Shown piece after piece: positions 50,830 through 64,000 of a stretch of DNA of 64,000 bases. This DNA is from Yuukianura sp. NJ FZ-2021 (taxonomy: Eukaryota). Location: positions 1,674,001 through 1,738,000 of the forward strand of contig CM102290.1 in NCBI GenBank assembly GCA_046563655.1. The letters are read 5' to 3'. The translations under genes and the position numbers were made by a program. Below the pieces are notes generated by a model. The model was given only the letters and a program-made list of their open reading frames with translations, was not told where the DNA came from and did no database searches. Numbering within the stretch: position 1 is the stretch's first letter; each line of letters starts with the position of its first letter.

Positions 50830-53800
50830 TTTGCAATTTTTTGAAAATTCCAAACTCTGAGTTTAATTTTCAAAATTCGAAAGAATAAAACAGTTTGTTA
50901 GTCAAATCAAGTCAAACGCTAACTAAACCAAGTTCAGTCACAAATTCTTCTTATGAAGCGAAAAACGTCCAGACAAAATCACAAGACATGTCAAACTATC
51001 GCCAAAACTCGCGTATGACTGTACCTCTCATGCTTAAAATTCTAAGAAACTACTTTTTAACGAATCCTGCACTTTTTTTTCTGAAAATTTTGATTTCCTT
51101 CCTAGAACTAAACAGTTAGTTGACATTTGATAACTGAATTTAAGTTTCCTTTTAAGCACTGTTTAGTTCCCTAGTTGACATTTCACATCAAAATTTGCAA
51201 AAAGATTATTTATGGTATGACATGATTCTAAAGTGGAGCATAAACAAAAGAAGTAAAAAAAATCAACTTTTTGCTAAACTTATTGCTACTCCTACAGATA
51301 ACTTTTCACATGACGAATGAAATCAGTTGATTCGTCACTTCATTTCAAAAAAAAAAAACAAAAGAAAATGAGTTCTAAAAAAGTACCTCTACAAAAGAAT
51401 AAAAAGTTCTAGTAAAATTTCACAAAAATTATACATGAACGAAACACATAATTCCAAACATATTGTGACGAAAAAGTAAAAAAGGAAAAGCTTCCTACTT
51501 TTAGTCAAAAATTGAAAATCCGAAATAAATTGTGTTCTCAACTTCAAGAAATTGTTGGAGACGAATGACTCTTTTGTATTTTGTGCTAAAACTGGCAAAG
51601 GACCACTGCTGCTTCACTTTAGTATTTTGTGAAGAGTCCAAAAAGTCATTGCGTTGGCTCCTCATCCATCATGTTGAAGAGCTGACACATGGAAATAATA
51701 AGAGCCCTTCTCAGATTGTACTTTAGATTGTCTAGCCTAACTTCTACAATTCTACAAAACATAACCTACGTTAGGTTCCTAGAAGCTTCGAAGTCTACAA
51801 AACTTACTACAATCTACCAGATTCTAGTAGCACGTTTTAGACGCCGTTGGTGAAAGCAGAATGGCCAAAATGGCACAACTCCTTTCTTCTCTTTGTTAGA
51901 TTTAGACTACGTTGGAGGCCACTTGAGAACCAAAATCACACGACCATTTTCATCTCCAGTTTCCGCCAACATTCAATCTGAACCCAAAACTAAAGCAAAA
52001 CATCTCTACCTAGTTACTCCCTCCAACTCAGAAGATATTTCACAAGGCTTAACATTTCAAACGTTAATCAAAACCGGCTTTCTCAGCTCATTTGTGGCTA
52101 AGCAAAAATGTTAATTTTTAAATTTCAATTTAAATCAAGCAATTGAAGCTATTTTTTGACAAAGTTTAGAAGCTTAAAAACAGAAAAAAAATGGAAATCT
52201 GAGACACGGAAATGGAAATTTGGAAATAAAAAAATAAGTTGATGATTGAAGAAAAATTGAGTCCCACTTTCACCAACCTCGAAACTGAATTAAACAAAAC
52301 AAAAATTTTCGTTCGATTGAACATAGTTTTCAGAAAACTTTCACTTTTCAACTCAAAAACAAAGTTGCGGTGCTCAAAACTTTTCGTTTTTGTAACTAAA
52401 AGGGAAAAAACAAAAACCCCACAAAAACAAAAGATGCATAGCCGGAATTACCCAGATTATGCACAAAGTTTACCCGTTTTTAGAAGTTAAGTTTTAAAAA
52501 ACTTTTTTTTTAAACTTTTTTTTTTGAAAAACGAGAATAAGGTGTTGCACTGGCCTTGAATACTGAAACAAGAGGCTGTGCTAACAGTTACTGTTGAGTT
52601 GGATGCTCGAGTAAGGATTTGGTCGTTGACGAGGAAATAATGACTGTTACGAGGAAAGTTGAACAAGTCACTTAAGCAACCCACGAACCACCCGAAACCC
52701 ACACCGGTGGGGCCGTTCTCAGCGGCCATCTTGCATTCCAAATTGTTTTTTCCCGCAAATACCAATTTAAAAATAGTAGCCTCAGGCTACCATGATTGAC
52801 CCGTGTTGAACTAATTTCGTTGTTGACCTATTTCTGTTTGTCTTTTATTAGACGAATGGAGGTGTTAAACTATACAATGTTAGGAACTTCATTTGGGGGT
52901 GGGGAAGGGATGGAGATGGGGGGAGAGAAACTGGGCATGTTAAGTGTGTGAGAAGTGAAAGTTACTAGTACAAAGTTGCAGTAGATTTCTTTTTTGCATG
53001 ATTAGCCAAAAACCTAAGAAAAGTTAGAATGTATGAGGAAAAAAGAGGGAAATTTAAAAAAAGAATAATTTTTTGAAAGGTCACGGCGTTGTTTTCACCA
53101 TTGATTCAACTTTTCCTTTAGATTTGTTCAAATGCTTTTCCCATTTTGGTTAAACAAGTCATGTTTCCAGAAATAAACATGCAGTTGTACAGCCTGTTTC
53201 AAAAATAAGAAACAATGAGGAAAAAATTACTGTGTTTTACTGATGAGAAAAAGGAAGGAAACTTTCACTAGCGCGTCTGAAAAATTATTTTGTTTAGAAA
53301 ACTGTAACAACTAACTTATTTTCCTCATTTTTTTTAAATTTTCGCGCGTGTAAGAGGTGGGCTAATTGGGTTTCAAGAGTTCTAACCTGGTCAGGCATAC
53401 TGATGAGTGCTGTTTCATAAATCAACTGTAGTCTATAATTAAAATAATTGTGTCTATAATTAAAACAAGTATTTAAAAAATATACAACATACAAAAAAAA
53501 TTAGAGCAAGTCAAAAAAAAACGTCAAAACGTCAAAAAAATCAGGAAAGTGTAATTTTTTGCCTAAGTTTGAGCTGTAGTTGACCTCTGACTTTCTCCTT
53601 GTCTCCATGTCACACCTTCCTCATTAAGCCTAGAGAAAGGTGACTTTTAATGAAAGGAAAAAGTAAGGAGAGGGAAAGAGTGAAAGTGCGCGGGAGGTTT
53701 TGAATAAGTTTTGTCTAAACCAACGGAATGGTCTCATTAGTGCTGCTGTGCTCTCAATTTGTGAACTTTTGTGCATATCCTACTATGGTCTTCTACAGAT

Positions 53801-54330
53801 AGTAAGTATATGTTCTGTGTGTCGATTGTTAAGCAGTGATGAAGATGCGGAAGGAAGTCGATAGAAGTGGGTTCGAGACTCTGAGTCTTTTTGGCTCCTT
53901 TTTATGCATGACTTTGCAAATTGGGATTTTGATTACTTTGGCACGCAGAGAGCCTCACTCGAACCAACGACGCAGACAAGGAAAAGAGGAAGCTGTGAAC
54001 AACGTCAATTGGCGAATGGCGATGGTAACAGAGGCACAAAAACCATACTATGCCTTCACTAAAAAGAACTGGGACGCACCACGAAGATATCTTAAGGTAA
54101 AGTTACCGTAAATCTCCACGTATAACCCAGATTCCAATTTGGAAAGTTGAATTTCTCACTGCCATGCCGCCCAAATGAAACTGTTTACACTGTTCAAAAT
54201 TTCATAACTGCTAGTTCTAAGCTACGGCTCTCCAAGGTTGTAGAAGAACCTCACGGTGAAATGTAGGAGGTTACGTGATATCATGTGTATTTTTGACTCT
54301 ATAATAAGTATTGTAAATTCAAAAAAAAAT

Positions 54331-54554
54331 CTAGGTTCCTAAACAAAAAGAAAACTTTTTCTACACCAGGTTGTCCGATAACTCGAAGTTTTAAAATTTT
54401 TTTGAAAGTAGCAAATCTGCCTTCCTATGGCAATTTTTTGCATGTAATGTAAGTGGGATTGGTGCTAAAAGTTGTTTAAAGCAAATTTTTTGAAAACCCT
54501 GAGTTATTGAACAACCTGTCGTAGGAAATACAACTTGGTTGTCAAGGAACCTTG
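54331..54554 (-). mobile_element. MITE family B (reverse orientation)
   Basis: ctaggtt ... tgtcaaggaaccttg. Flanks aaaaaaat / aaaaaaaa. Homologous to the 23516 and 45247 copies. Confidence 0.78.
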
Positions 54555-57233
54555 AAAAAAAAAGATATTGACAGCTTCGTAATAACATTAATGTGATAAG
54601 GTATAATACACAAAATTGATATCTCTATGTGGAGCTTTACGGTAAAAGTTTTTCAAAACTGTAAAACTTTTACAGTAAAACGGACCATACTGTAGATCCT
54701 GTCAACGCAATCCAATGTACTACGTTTCTAACCAATTCAAAGTACAAACTGGAACAGTGGGACTGTTATTACAACAAAAAAGGGTCAATGAGTGAATCTT
54801 TACGGTATTTTATTCACACAAGTATAACATTCAATGCAAAAAAAAAATGGTTCACGACAATGGATTATGGCAAGCCAGACAACAAAATATTCCATTGTGT
54901 TGGATTTGTTCTTAAGTTGGAATAATTTAAATTTGATTCTCATCCCACTTTGTAACAGTTTATTTTCAAGTCCAATTTAAATCTGAGAAGAGTGCGGGAG
55001 ATATGAATACAAAATCTTGGTTGAAAATCTCCATTGTAACTCTTCTGGATGCAAAATTAGAATACAATGGATACCATATGCCTCACATTTTAACACAACA
55101 AAATCCATCTTCCATACTATCCAAATATTGATCTCGTCTTTACATTATGAAATTCTCTCAAAGTCTTGAACAATGAACAAACATCTTGTTCTAAAAAATG
55201 AAGTGTTTTAGAAAAAGTGAAAGTCACAACACTTTATTCCTAATCCACAACAACACTTTCTCCTTTTTTCTCACTTTGTCAACTTTTGCGTAGTGTGAGA
55301 ATGGAAAAGGAAGTTGTTCCTAAGGGATCTTGGACTTAAGCTCTCCTCAACTTACTTTTTTTTCGGTTTTCAACATGAATTTAGCACTGCTTCTTTTGTT
55401 TCTTTTTTAGTCTGTTCTACGTCTTATGAATCCTTGTTCGAAATTGGATTTTTTTTGCCTTGTAGTAATGTAAGTACTGTGCAAAGTAGTAGATGAGAGA
55501 TGAGAAAAAGAGGCAATGAACTCTCATGATTTTTTTTTGGTAAGTTATAATGTTGCAAGGCTTCATTGAATTTAGTTCATTTTGTTTCGAAAAACTAGTT
55601 AAGCAGCTAATCTGCTCTCAATATCCAGTCAAACGAATCAACAAATTGTTCCATTTCTATAAAACCAAAACAATTTGAATTTTTATTTTGTTGAATAGTG
55701 ACAAAAAATTTGTTTTAACCCACGATCAGTAAAAAGTTTTCATTGTGAGTGGTATGACCAGATGCGAAAAATATTTACTAAAAACCAGCGAAATATTTAA
55801 ATAAATACAATATTTACTGAAAAGGCTCCAAATATTTAGTAACTTAAAATTAAGGATATTGATTTTGTTAACTTTATAGGCATGGGAACTAAATATTTTT
55901 GGCATCTATGACATAAAGAGTTAGCATCGAAGAATCAACAATATTCGAAAAAAATTTGTGCAAAATTCTTTTTGAACTTTGACGTTTGGAACTTTGTGTT
56001 CTCAGTACGGTGCAAGTGAAACACGATGTGGAAAAAAAAAAGATCGTGGGAATTTTTTTTTAAACAAAAAATCGGCTTCTTGCTGTGAACTTTTTTCCTC
56101 GTCTTCACAAAATCAATTTTTTTTTTGCTTAAAAAAGCGTTTTTCCCGCTATTTAAAAGTTTAATTTTCTCTGCTTTTTTCTAAAGTCGTTTACATCATC
56201 ATCATTTTCATTCCCGAGACACTTTTTTCTCGTGTGCTTTTGTTAGTAAGTTTAAAAGTTGTAAAAGTGTTGGAAGGGGTGAATGTCCATGAGAAAAGGG
56301 AGTCATGGTTCCAAGACACGAAATTCACTTGAGACGATTTGGAAAAAGATCTTACTTAACTTTTACTGTTGAAAAATATTACATTTTGACAAAGTTCCCT
56401 TGAGAAACACCGTTTGTTCCCTTTGTACTAGTTTAGTACAGTAGTTTGTGCCATAACGACATTTTCAGCAGGATTTTTGTGTTAGCCCTAAAGCAAGAAC
56501 GATGAAACCAACACTCGATTGCTCAATTGATTCAATTTTGTTATCAATTAATCGATTACACTTTAAAATGATTTATTCCAAACGTACTTCAAAAACCACG
56601 CCCAGAAAAAGTGAGAAAAGAGAAAAAATGTGAGAAAATTTGGTCAACTCCGCGAGTAAAAATTTTTTAAATTTTTCAAAAATGGTTGTTAAAACAAATT
56701 CCAATTTTCTCCACAATTTGTAACTTTGCAACAGTTTTAAAAGGATTCTTTTAAAAATTTAAAAAGTAGTGTGCACTTTTTTGATTGTTTAAATCAGTTG
56801 ATGTTCCTTTGCTCAAATTTATTGATGCCGTAATTCGTCAAACCAAATTCACTGAATGCTTTTTTTTTGAAAATTGTGTTGTCACATGTCCATGTCCACC
56901 TCGTTAGCCAAAGTTAGGAGTGATATAATTTGCGGTTGGACGGAATGAATGATGGGAGAGCGGGAGAATTGGAATTCGTGTCTCAAGGTCTGTGACTCGT
57001 ACTTAAAATGTGTCCAATTAATTGAAAGGCTCCAAGGTGTGAAATAGCCCTCTGATTGATTGGTATAAGGGGGATATTCCCAGCATATCCGAGTATTAGT
57101 GAGTAAGGTGTTGGCATTAAGCGGCTAGAGTCTTTTGGTAAGAAACCTAATGGTGGAGAGGGGATTAGGAATGGGAATGTTATAGCATAGACACGCTACG
57201 TAACCAGACACTTATGGACGAAAACTTATGGAC

Positions 57234-57494
57234 CAAGGTTCCTTGACAACGAAAAGCAAATGTTCTTTAACAGGTTGGGTACTACCGCGCTTGTAGACAA
57301 AAAAACAGAGAAATTGATACCAATTTTAGTACCAATCCAAAAAATTGTACCAATTCGTATACAAAATTTAAAAAATTCGGCGGTATTGTTGTGATTACAA
57401 TGCCCTGAAATGAAAGGTTACTTTTTTTTGCAAAATCAAAAAATCATGAGGTATTACCCAACCTGTTAAAGAAAATCAAAGTCAAAAAACCTTG
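57234..57494 (+). mobile_element. MITE family A
   Basis: Perfect 8-bp TSD ttatggac (57226-57233 / 57495-57502). Confidence 0.88.
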
Positions 57495-58107
57495 TTATGG
57501 ACGGACAGTCAAGAATGATACTGGTCCTTAAGTTACCGTTCATGAGCGTCAGGTAATCGGAAACATGTAGTCCGTGCTAACGAATCCATAGCTTTTGCTC
57601 ATGCGCCCTCCTTTCCCCTCAACTTCAGCAGCCGTTTGTAGCAGAAGAAGCTCCAAAAAAACAAAAACCTACCGAAGTCTTCTACTTCCCTTCAGTTTCA
57701 AACTTTAGTTTGGCGGGAGTAGGACGAAACGTAAGGCATCTACGTTCAGTTACTGTATTGTAGCCAACTTTTCAAAAAAAAAGTCACCCCTCCTGCTGTT
57801 GTACTTGGAAATCACCCTTACTCTTGTTCTTTTTCAAAAAAAAGTTCCCCCTGTATTTTTTCTGGTTGATGTGAGGCCGTGAGAAGGCTAAGGTCATTAA
57901 GGAACCCTGCATATACTGTTCTACCGTTTCAAAAAAAACACACCCTTGAAGCTGTCTGTTACAACATTTTTCGGTCCAAACAGCCAAAAACTGCTATTTT
58001 CAAACCGAAAAGCGTCGATTTCTAGCCCTGATCATCGACAGACGAAAAAATTTTGTGCAAAAAAGTTGTCGAATCGAGCGAGAAAGCAGAAAAAACTTTT
58101 TCTTGAA

Positions 58108-58300
58108 GGTTACAATAAAAACGTTGCAGTACTGGAACGAATGTTACGACAAAAACGTTTTCAGTACGACAACAAAAGTTACGACAAAACTGTTTTCCGT
58201 ACTGCAACCACGGTTACGACGAAAACGTTTCCCGTACGCCAACCAACGTTACAGCAACAACGTTTTCCGTTCTGCAACAATTTTTACGACAAAAACATTT
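58108..58300. repeat. Degenerate tandem repeat (TTACGACAAAAACGTTTTCCGTAC-like units)
   Basis: About six imperfect copies of ttac(g/a)ac..aaacgttt. Confidence 0.7.
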
Positions 58301-59226
58301 TTACACACTTTTCTGCAGCACTCTAGTGGAAAACGACTAAAAAGCAAGCAGTTTTTAGTCTGTTACGACTAAAATCAAAGTCTATTACAAGATTTAGTCT
58401 CAGCCCAAAGTCAGGAGTAATATCCCATACTACAACTATTTCATAGAAAATCAAAAGTGGATGACACAAAAAGTGATACAAAGTAGAAAAAAACACAGCA
58501 AAAAGTTGTTTCATTTTTTTTTATATCATACTCAAATCAAGTTTGATTTTTTTTTGCTGAAGGTCGTTTACGAAGATTGAATTCCTGAATTTTTAGTGTT
58601 GTTGTTGGTTAGCCATCAAGTGCAACTAAATTTTTTTTGGCATGCAAAGACTATACGCAACACTTTAAAACCAAAAGTGATTTAAGCCTCAAACCAAAAA
58701 ACAACACAACAGAAACAAGTCATCCTCGACAGAACTGGATTCCTGAAGGAGGAGGGTGGAAAACCAAGGTGTTGTGCACAATTTTCAAAAGGTTTTTGAA
58801 ACTAGTGCTCCAAAAAAACGAAAAAAGTTTAGTCCTTTGAAAGTAGGGCTAAAACTTCAAAAGAAAAGAGTAAAAATAGACGCCTCATTGAAATTTTAAA
58901 TTTCAAAAGACTTTGAAAGTTCAAGTGTTACGCGGGGTTGAAAATTTTTCTCCAACAGAAGGGTGAACACCGTGTTAAATTTTTTCTTCACAAGTTTTTT
59001 TTCTTGAAAAGGGGTCAAAACAGAAGTTTTTGAAAAAAAAAGTTTTTTGAAAGAACTTTAGTGGAAAAGGTGGTGACCAGATGGAAAGCTGCGTCGTGGT
59101 CGTCATGGTAACCACTGCAAACAGCTAGTACCGTAGTGCAATACCTTCAGTTAAGTTAGGTTGTGGTGGTTACTTTCAAAAATGGTCCAGAGGACACTAT
59201 GTAGTTACCAGAACGTGTGTGGTGAC

Positions 59227-62200
59227 ATGATGCAGAGGGGAAGTGGTTACCGTGGTTACGGTGGTTACTCGGGCTTTGTCAAAGGCTTCCTCTGTCTCAC
59301 CCTTGTTCTTAATTATGTCATCCCCTCTGCCTCTGCCTGTCCCTCTGTTTGCATTTGCAAATGGAAATCCGGAAAACAAACGGTAAGAATTTGGTTTCAT
59401 TTGTACTCTAAAACATAACTTTAAGGGTAGGTTCAGCCTAACTTTTCGGTTCTTCCAAGGGCCCTTGTGCTAAATCCTTTGACTACACATTCATCAGTCA
59501 TACTTTCCACTACTCTTCAGAGCGATTTTGGCGCGCACTTATTTGAATTATGACAAAATACTCAAAGTTAATGACGCTGAAGAGCGAGAGAGAGAGAGAA
59601 GCTTGACGGGTTATTAAAATCAACGCTTCCCGCCAACAGCTCAAAATTCAAATTAAAAACAACCCGGGTTAAGTTTAAAAAATCAAGTTATGTTTAAAAA
59701 ATTCCATGCGGTTTAAGTTTGTTTTTCAAAAAAAAAGAGTAAGAATTTGAGTGGGTACTTTTGGTGATGTGGTGTGTTGGGGATTTGGACTAGTTCCAAA
59801 AAAGTAGTTGTAAATACTGTTTGAAAATTCTTAAAAAGTGGTTTTTGGGAGCTTTAAAATTTTGCGGGGTGCGGTTTTTAAACATAATCAAGATTCTTTT
59901 TAGAGCCACTCAACCACTTCACCCTTAGTAGCTTTTCCTTCTGCTCCTTTCCAAGTTTTAGTTGTTGGTAAAAACAGTTTTTTAAGAGGGAAATGAAACG
60001 AGAAAGTCCTGTCTTTAAAAATGAATGTTTTTGGAACAGTGGAGATAGGTTTAGTTACACAAGTGAGACTTTTATGAACACCCATTTCGAAGAAAAAACA
60101 CGATAGCAAAAAGATTTACTACTCCCAAGTTGAAGTTACAGTAACTTAACGATGGTTGACTAATTAAAGAAGTTCAGTTAAAATTTCGACTTTTCCGAAT
60201 TTGGTTTTTGTGGAACAAAGAACTTTTCCGTTTGGTGAATTTCCAAACTTTGTCAATTTCTCAATTCCTGCAATCAGCTCAATTAACTTTGACATTTTAC
60301 CATTTTCAGTTTGAATCACTTTGAAAACGGGAAACTTGTTTTTAAAAAACAGTTTTGTTTATAACTCATGCAAGAAGTATTTTGTTTTCAAATTCTAATA
60401 GAAAGCAAAGGTAAAAATAAGCTTTTTGTGTTTTTGAAAACGATAATACTTTTACTTCAATTTTTTTTTGGTATTTATCAACCATTTGTTTTTAGTTTGT
60501 AGCCAAATAGAACAAATATTTTGAAAATGGAACATAATTAATGACAGAAAAACTAACATGGAAGTCACTTGTGAATTAGTTGCGCGAGTTTTCCAGGAAA
60601 TATTGACAGTAGTTTAGAAGTATGAGGAGGGAAAGGTGAAAACTTTTTAAAATGACAATCGCTATAGTATGTGGAAGAATTCGGGAATTTCCAAAATAGT
60701 GAATAATTTTGACTAAAGTTTTGTGCCCTATAATTACAAGAAGTCCAATGTGGGCATAGTACTAGAAAAAGGTGATGCCGCTAGAAATGTTGCAAAATGC
60801 TTCCAAATTATTATTTGCCTTTTACACACACTTTTTATTACAAACTAAAATTAGAACTTCCCTGGAGCCGATATTCAAATAAACTATGAAGGGATATCTG
60901 TCCAATCTAGAAATCCAATTCTGTAAACGATTATAACTTCGCAGTGTGACTAACCATGGTTACCTACATTTCGAAATATTTCAAGACAAAGACAAATAAA
61001 TCAATTCCAATTTTGAAACTAACTAAAAAATAGCTTTTTGAAGGTATAGAAATAACGCTAATGTTAGATATATAAAAAGTCAATAGCGGACAACCTATTA
61101 TTTTATGAACTGGAAATGCATAGCTTAGCTAGAAATTATTTCACTTCATAATTTTGTATTTCTTTTGCATAATTACAGTGAACTGCGTTTCTATTTTTAT
61201 TTAGATTTTTCCCAATAAGTTAAGTGAGATAGTATGCTGAAACCAAACTACCAAAATATACTTTTGAAAAAAAATTCTTTCGCTCATTTTTTTTGTAAAA
61301 TCTATAACAATTTTTTATCATTATAACAATTAATATTTCTTAGAATTTCATAATTTTTGTAATTACAAAAGGAAAAAAAATCATTTGCACCCCTAATTTC
61401 TGCGACGGAAATCCCCTCATACTGTGAAGCAAATTTTAAAATAAAATTTTTTTCTTACCCAAAAAGCGATTTTATGTTCAGCATTTTAGTTTTAACTTAT
61501 CACTTATCATCTTTGATTTTTTTTGAAAGGTACGGCAGTTTTTTCGAACGAAAAAAATGTCTGGAAACAATGTTAGTAGCGTGCTCAAAAATGTTTGTTC
61601 CTAACAAAAAAGGAAGTAGAGCAGGAATTTTCAAGTGTCGCAAAGATTTATGGACGGTTAGAAAACATGTTTTCTTCATGTTTTTGAAAAAATAAGGTTT
61701 AAGATTCTTTTTTTTTCATCTTGTTCAAGAATGCAATTATTTTTCTGCACTCTGGTCTTAACATGCAATTAATTTTTGGTACTCGGAGTTGCAAAAAAAA
61801 AAGTTTTTTCTTTTCATTTTTTTTTTGCTCTCCAAATTTTCAAATTTCCAGGGCCTCTTTGTTAAATAAAAAAGAGTTGAATTATATGAAGTTTAAGTTA
61901 GAAGCAGAGCTTCTTCTTCTTCTTTAAGTAAGAAACTTGTGAGTTTCGGAGAAACCTTTAACGAGAATGTTGTCTGGAAAAGTTAGTTGGACAAAATCAA
62001 GAAGTCGTATATTTAACTTTCTTGTTTCTCCAACTTCCTTTGACTTTTTATTTTACTTTTACGGCTCCTTCCTAAAAAAAAGTTCAGGAGACTCCAAACG
62101 TCCTGTTTTTAGAAAATATACATAAAAACACTTTTTCATAAAACTACAAAAAAAAACTGATTTTTCTTTCCGCTTCTGGTTTCCTCACCTTCCAGTTTAG

Positions 62201-62605
62201 TCTGTAAATACTAACATTAATTCAAAACTTACAAATTTTCTGTTTAAGAAACGGAAGCGACTGAGTAAAAAAAAAGTTAAAAAAATTGAAAACAATTTCT
62301 AAAAATTTTGAATCTTTTTTTTAGGTTGAATGTGAGAATCAAAACCTGAGTGCTCTTCCAGACGGAATCTACGCCGAAACGCAAGTACTCAACATTTCAG
62401 GCAATCGACTCGGAGTTCTTCCGCGAGACGCGTTTTTACGCGCCGGACTTCTGAATTTGCAAAGAATTTACGCCCGTAATTCGCGTCTCCGACAAATTGA
62501 TCCTTTAGCATTCAATGAACTCATCAATCTTGTAGAATTGGATTTAAGTGATAATCTACTGACGGCAGTTCCATCAAATGCTTTTAAATCTACACAATTC
62601 CTCAG
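59227..62605 (+). CDS. kek: Kekkon family LRR-Ig transmembrane protein (kek1/2/3 type), first two coding exons; continues beyond the window
   Basis: Exon 59227(or 59182)-59382 encodes a signal peptide plus CPSVCICKWKSGKQT. Exon 62325-62605 encodes VEC..L..LP..I..ETQVLNISGN.L..L..DAF.RAGLLNLQRIY...NLVELDLSDNLLTAVPS. Matches the Kek1 N-terminus CKWKGGKQTVEC. Confidence 0.9.
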
Positions 62606-64000
62606 GTAAACAGTAACGCTTTTACAATTCAAGGCTAAAAAAGTTAACACTTTCAAAAAACGGAAGGTGACAAGTGTAGGTGTGAAAATTCTCACTTTCA
62701 CCTTTTTTCAATTTTGGCACACACAGCAGTATGTTTTGGAATGTTAAACGTTTGAGGCTTTTTTTGGAAAGAAGAAAAATGTTCGCTCAAGGTGAAAGTT
62801 ATCGATTAGAAAAATGCTATCACGAGCTTTCACTCTTTTTTTTAATACCAATAAGGAAGTTGATGTGTCAAAATCAGTCATCGCCATCATTCTATCACGT
62901 CGCGGTACACATTTGACTGCGTCAATATTGAAATGAAACTATGAAATGGTTTTTATATATTTTTCAAAAAAAAAAATTGAAAACAAAAAGAAACGTTGTC
63001 TTCCGGCTACGGAAACTCAAAAAAAAATTGAAATCGAAAAATCATATTATTTGAAAAACTTTTCTTTTCGTTTTTTAGACAAATTAATGGACCTGTTTTT
63101 TTAAAGGCTCCAAGAGTTATGTATCTTTTTTTTTCAAAATTTTGAAAAGATAGTGTGAAAAAATGTGAATCAGAGAAAAGTGAGAAACGGTTTTTGAGCG
63201 ATTCAAAAATCTTTTCTCAACTAATCAAGCTGGAATTTTGACACGCTTTTTTTTTCCTTTTTATACTTTTCTCCTTTAAAACTTTTTTTTCCAAAAACAT
63301 TTCACTCGTTTTTTTTTTCAAAAAAGTTTTCCTTTGGCGCTGCTGTTTGAAACTGTTGAAAGTTGGTCCATTTGGAGTCTAATGAACCGATTCCTTGTTT
63401 CCTAAAGAACCAATTTGAATGATGTTAGTTGAAAATTTATTTTCATTTGAGCACCAACGCATTCTACAAAGAATGGCGCCAAAAATCGTGAAATTCAAAA
63501 TTTTCAAAATTCAAATTCCCGGATTTCCGGAAACTACTAAGTTCGGTTTCCTACGGTTAGTACATTAGTGTCTCTGTCTGGTTTTAATTCCCATGACAAC
63601 CGAATGAGAACTTTCACTCTGTTCGGTTGTGCTTTTCTGGCTTTTCAAAAAGCTTTTTTAGAAAGGCTTTCAGAAACTCCGCCCAAGAAATTGTAGAAAA
63701 GTGAAAGGTTCCATTTTGCTTTTCTCAAAAACTGTTTTCTGAAATCAAATTGTGAGCATCAAAATATTTAATACCCACTTGAGTCTTCTGTCCTTTTGTT
63801 TGGTTCAAGGTTTTCCTTTGAGGTTTTTCCCTCTCCCTTCCAGAACAGACTTTGAAAAAGGCGGGAAAGTTTGCCTCTTTTGAAACTTTCTCTCCCTTTG
63901 ATTTCTCCACTTCCTTGGAAACACTTAAGGACTTGCACGTAATTAGGTTCTCCATTGGGAGTCAAAGTCTCAGCACTTTTTAATACGCTCCAACTTCAAA

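Noticed and set aside
53839..54266. Possible small spliced gene (MKMRKEVDRSG-EPHSNQ...WDAPRRYLK)
   Set aside because: Splice phases are compatible, but the sites are weak, the product is under 80 aa and it has no recognisable homology.
57946..58372. Overlapping ORFs of 126 and 105 aa
   Set aside because: They span a degenerate tandem repeat, with no splice or homology support.

Overview
Compact, AT-rich eukaryotic DNA with many 60-130 nt spliceosomal introns. The gene content (ionotropic receptor, kekkon) points to an arthropod. Bases 1-35 kb are gene dense: TMEM33/Kr-h2 (partial), KLF3/8/12, a SEA-domain transmembrane mucin, DPP8/9, a POGZ/ZNF280/row-type zinc-finger gene, a CUB-serine protease, KLF15, an ARMC10-like gene and a divergent ionotropic receptor. 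Bases 35-59 kb are gene poor and lie upstream of a kekkon (kek1/2/3-type) LRR gene. They hold a divergent U6 snRNA copy, orphan ORFs and a three-exon serum amyloid A-like gene that the ORF track shows only in fragments. At least five families of short non-autonomous DNA transposons and several minisatellites are present. The two strongest observations are (1) an intron-containing, apparently catalytically dead Merlin/IS1595(ISXO2)-type transposase domain fused inside the POGZ-like protein and (2) the secreted SAA-like protein. Gene models were spliced by hand, and family assignments come from remembered consensus sequences, not database searches.
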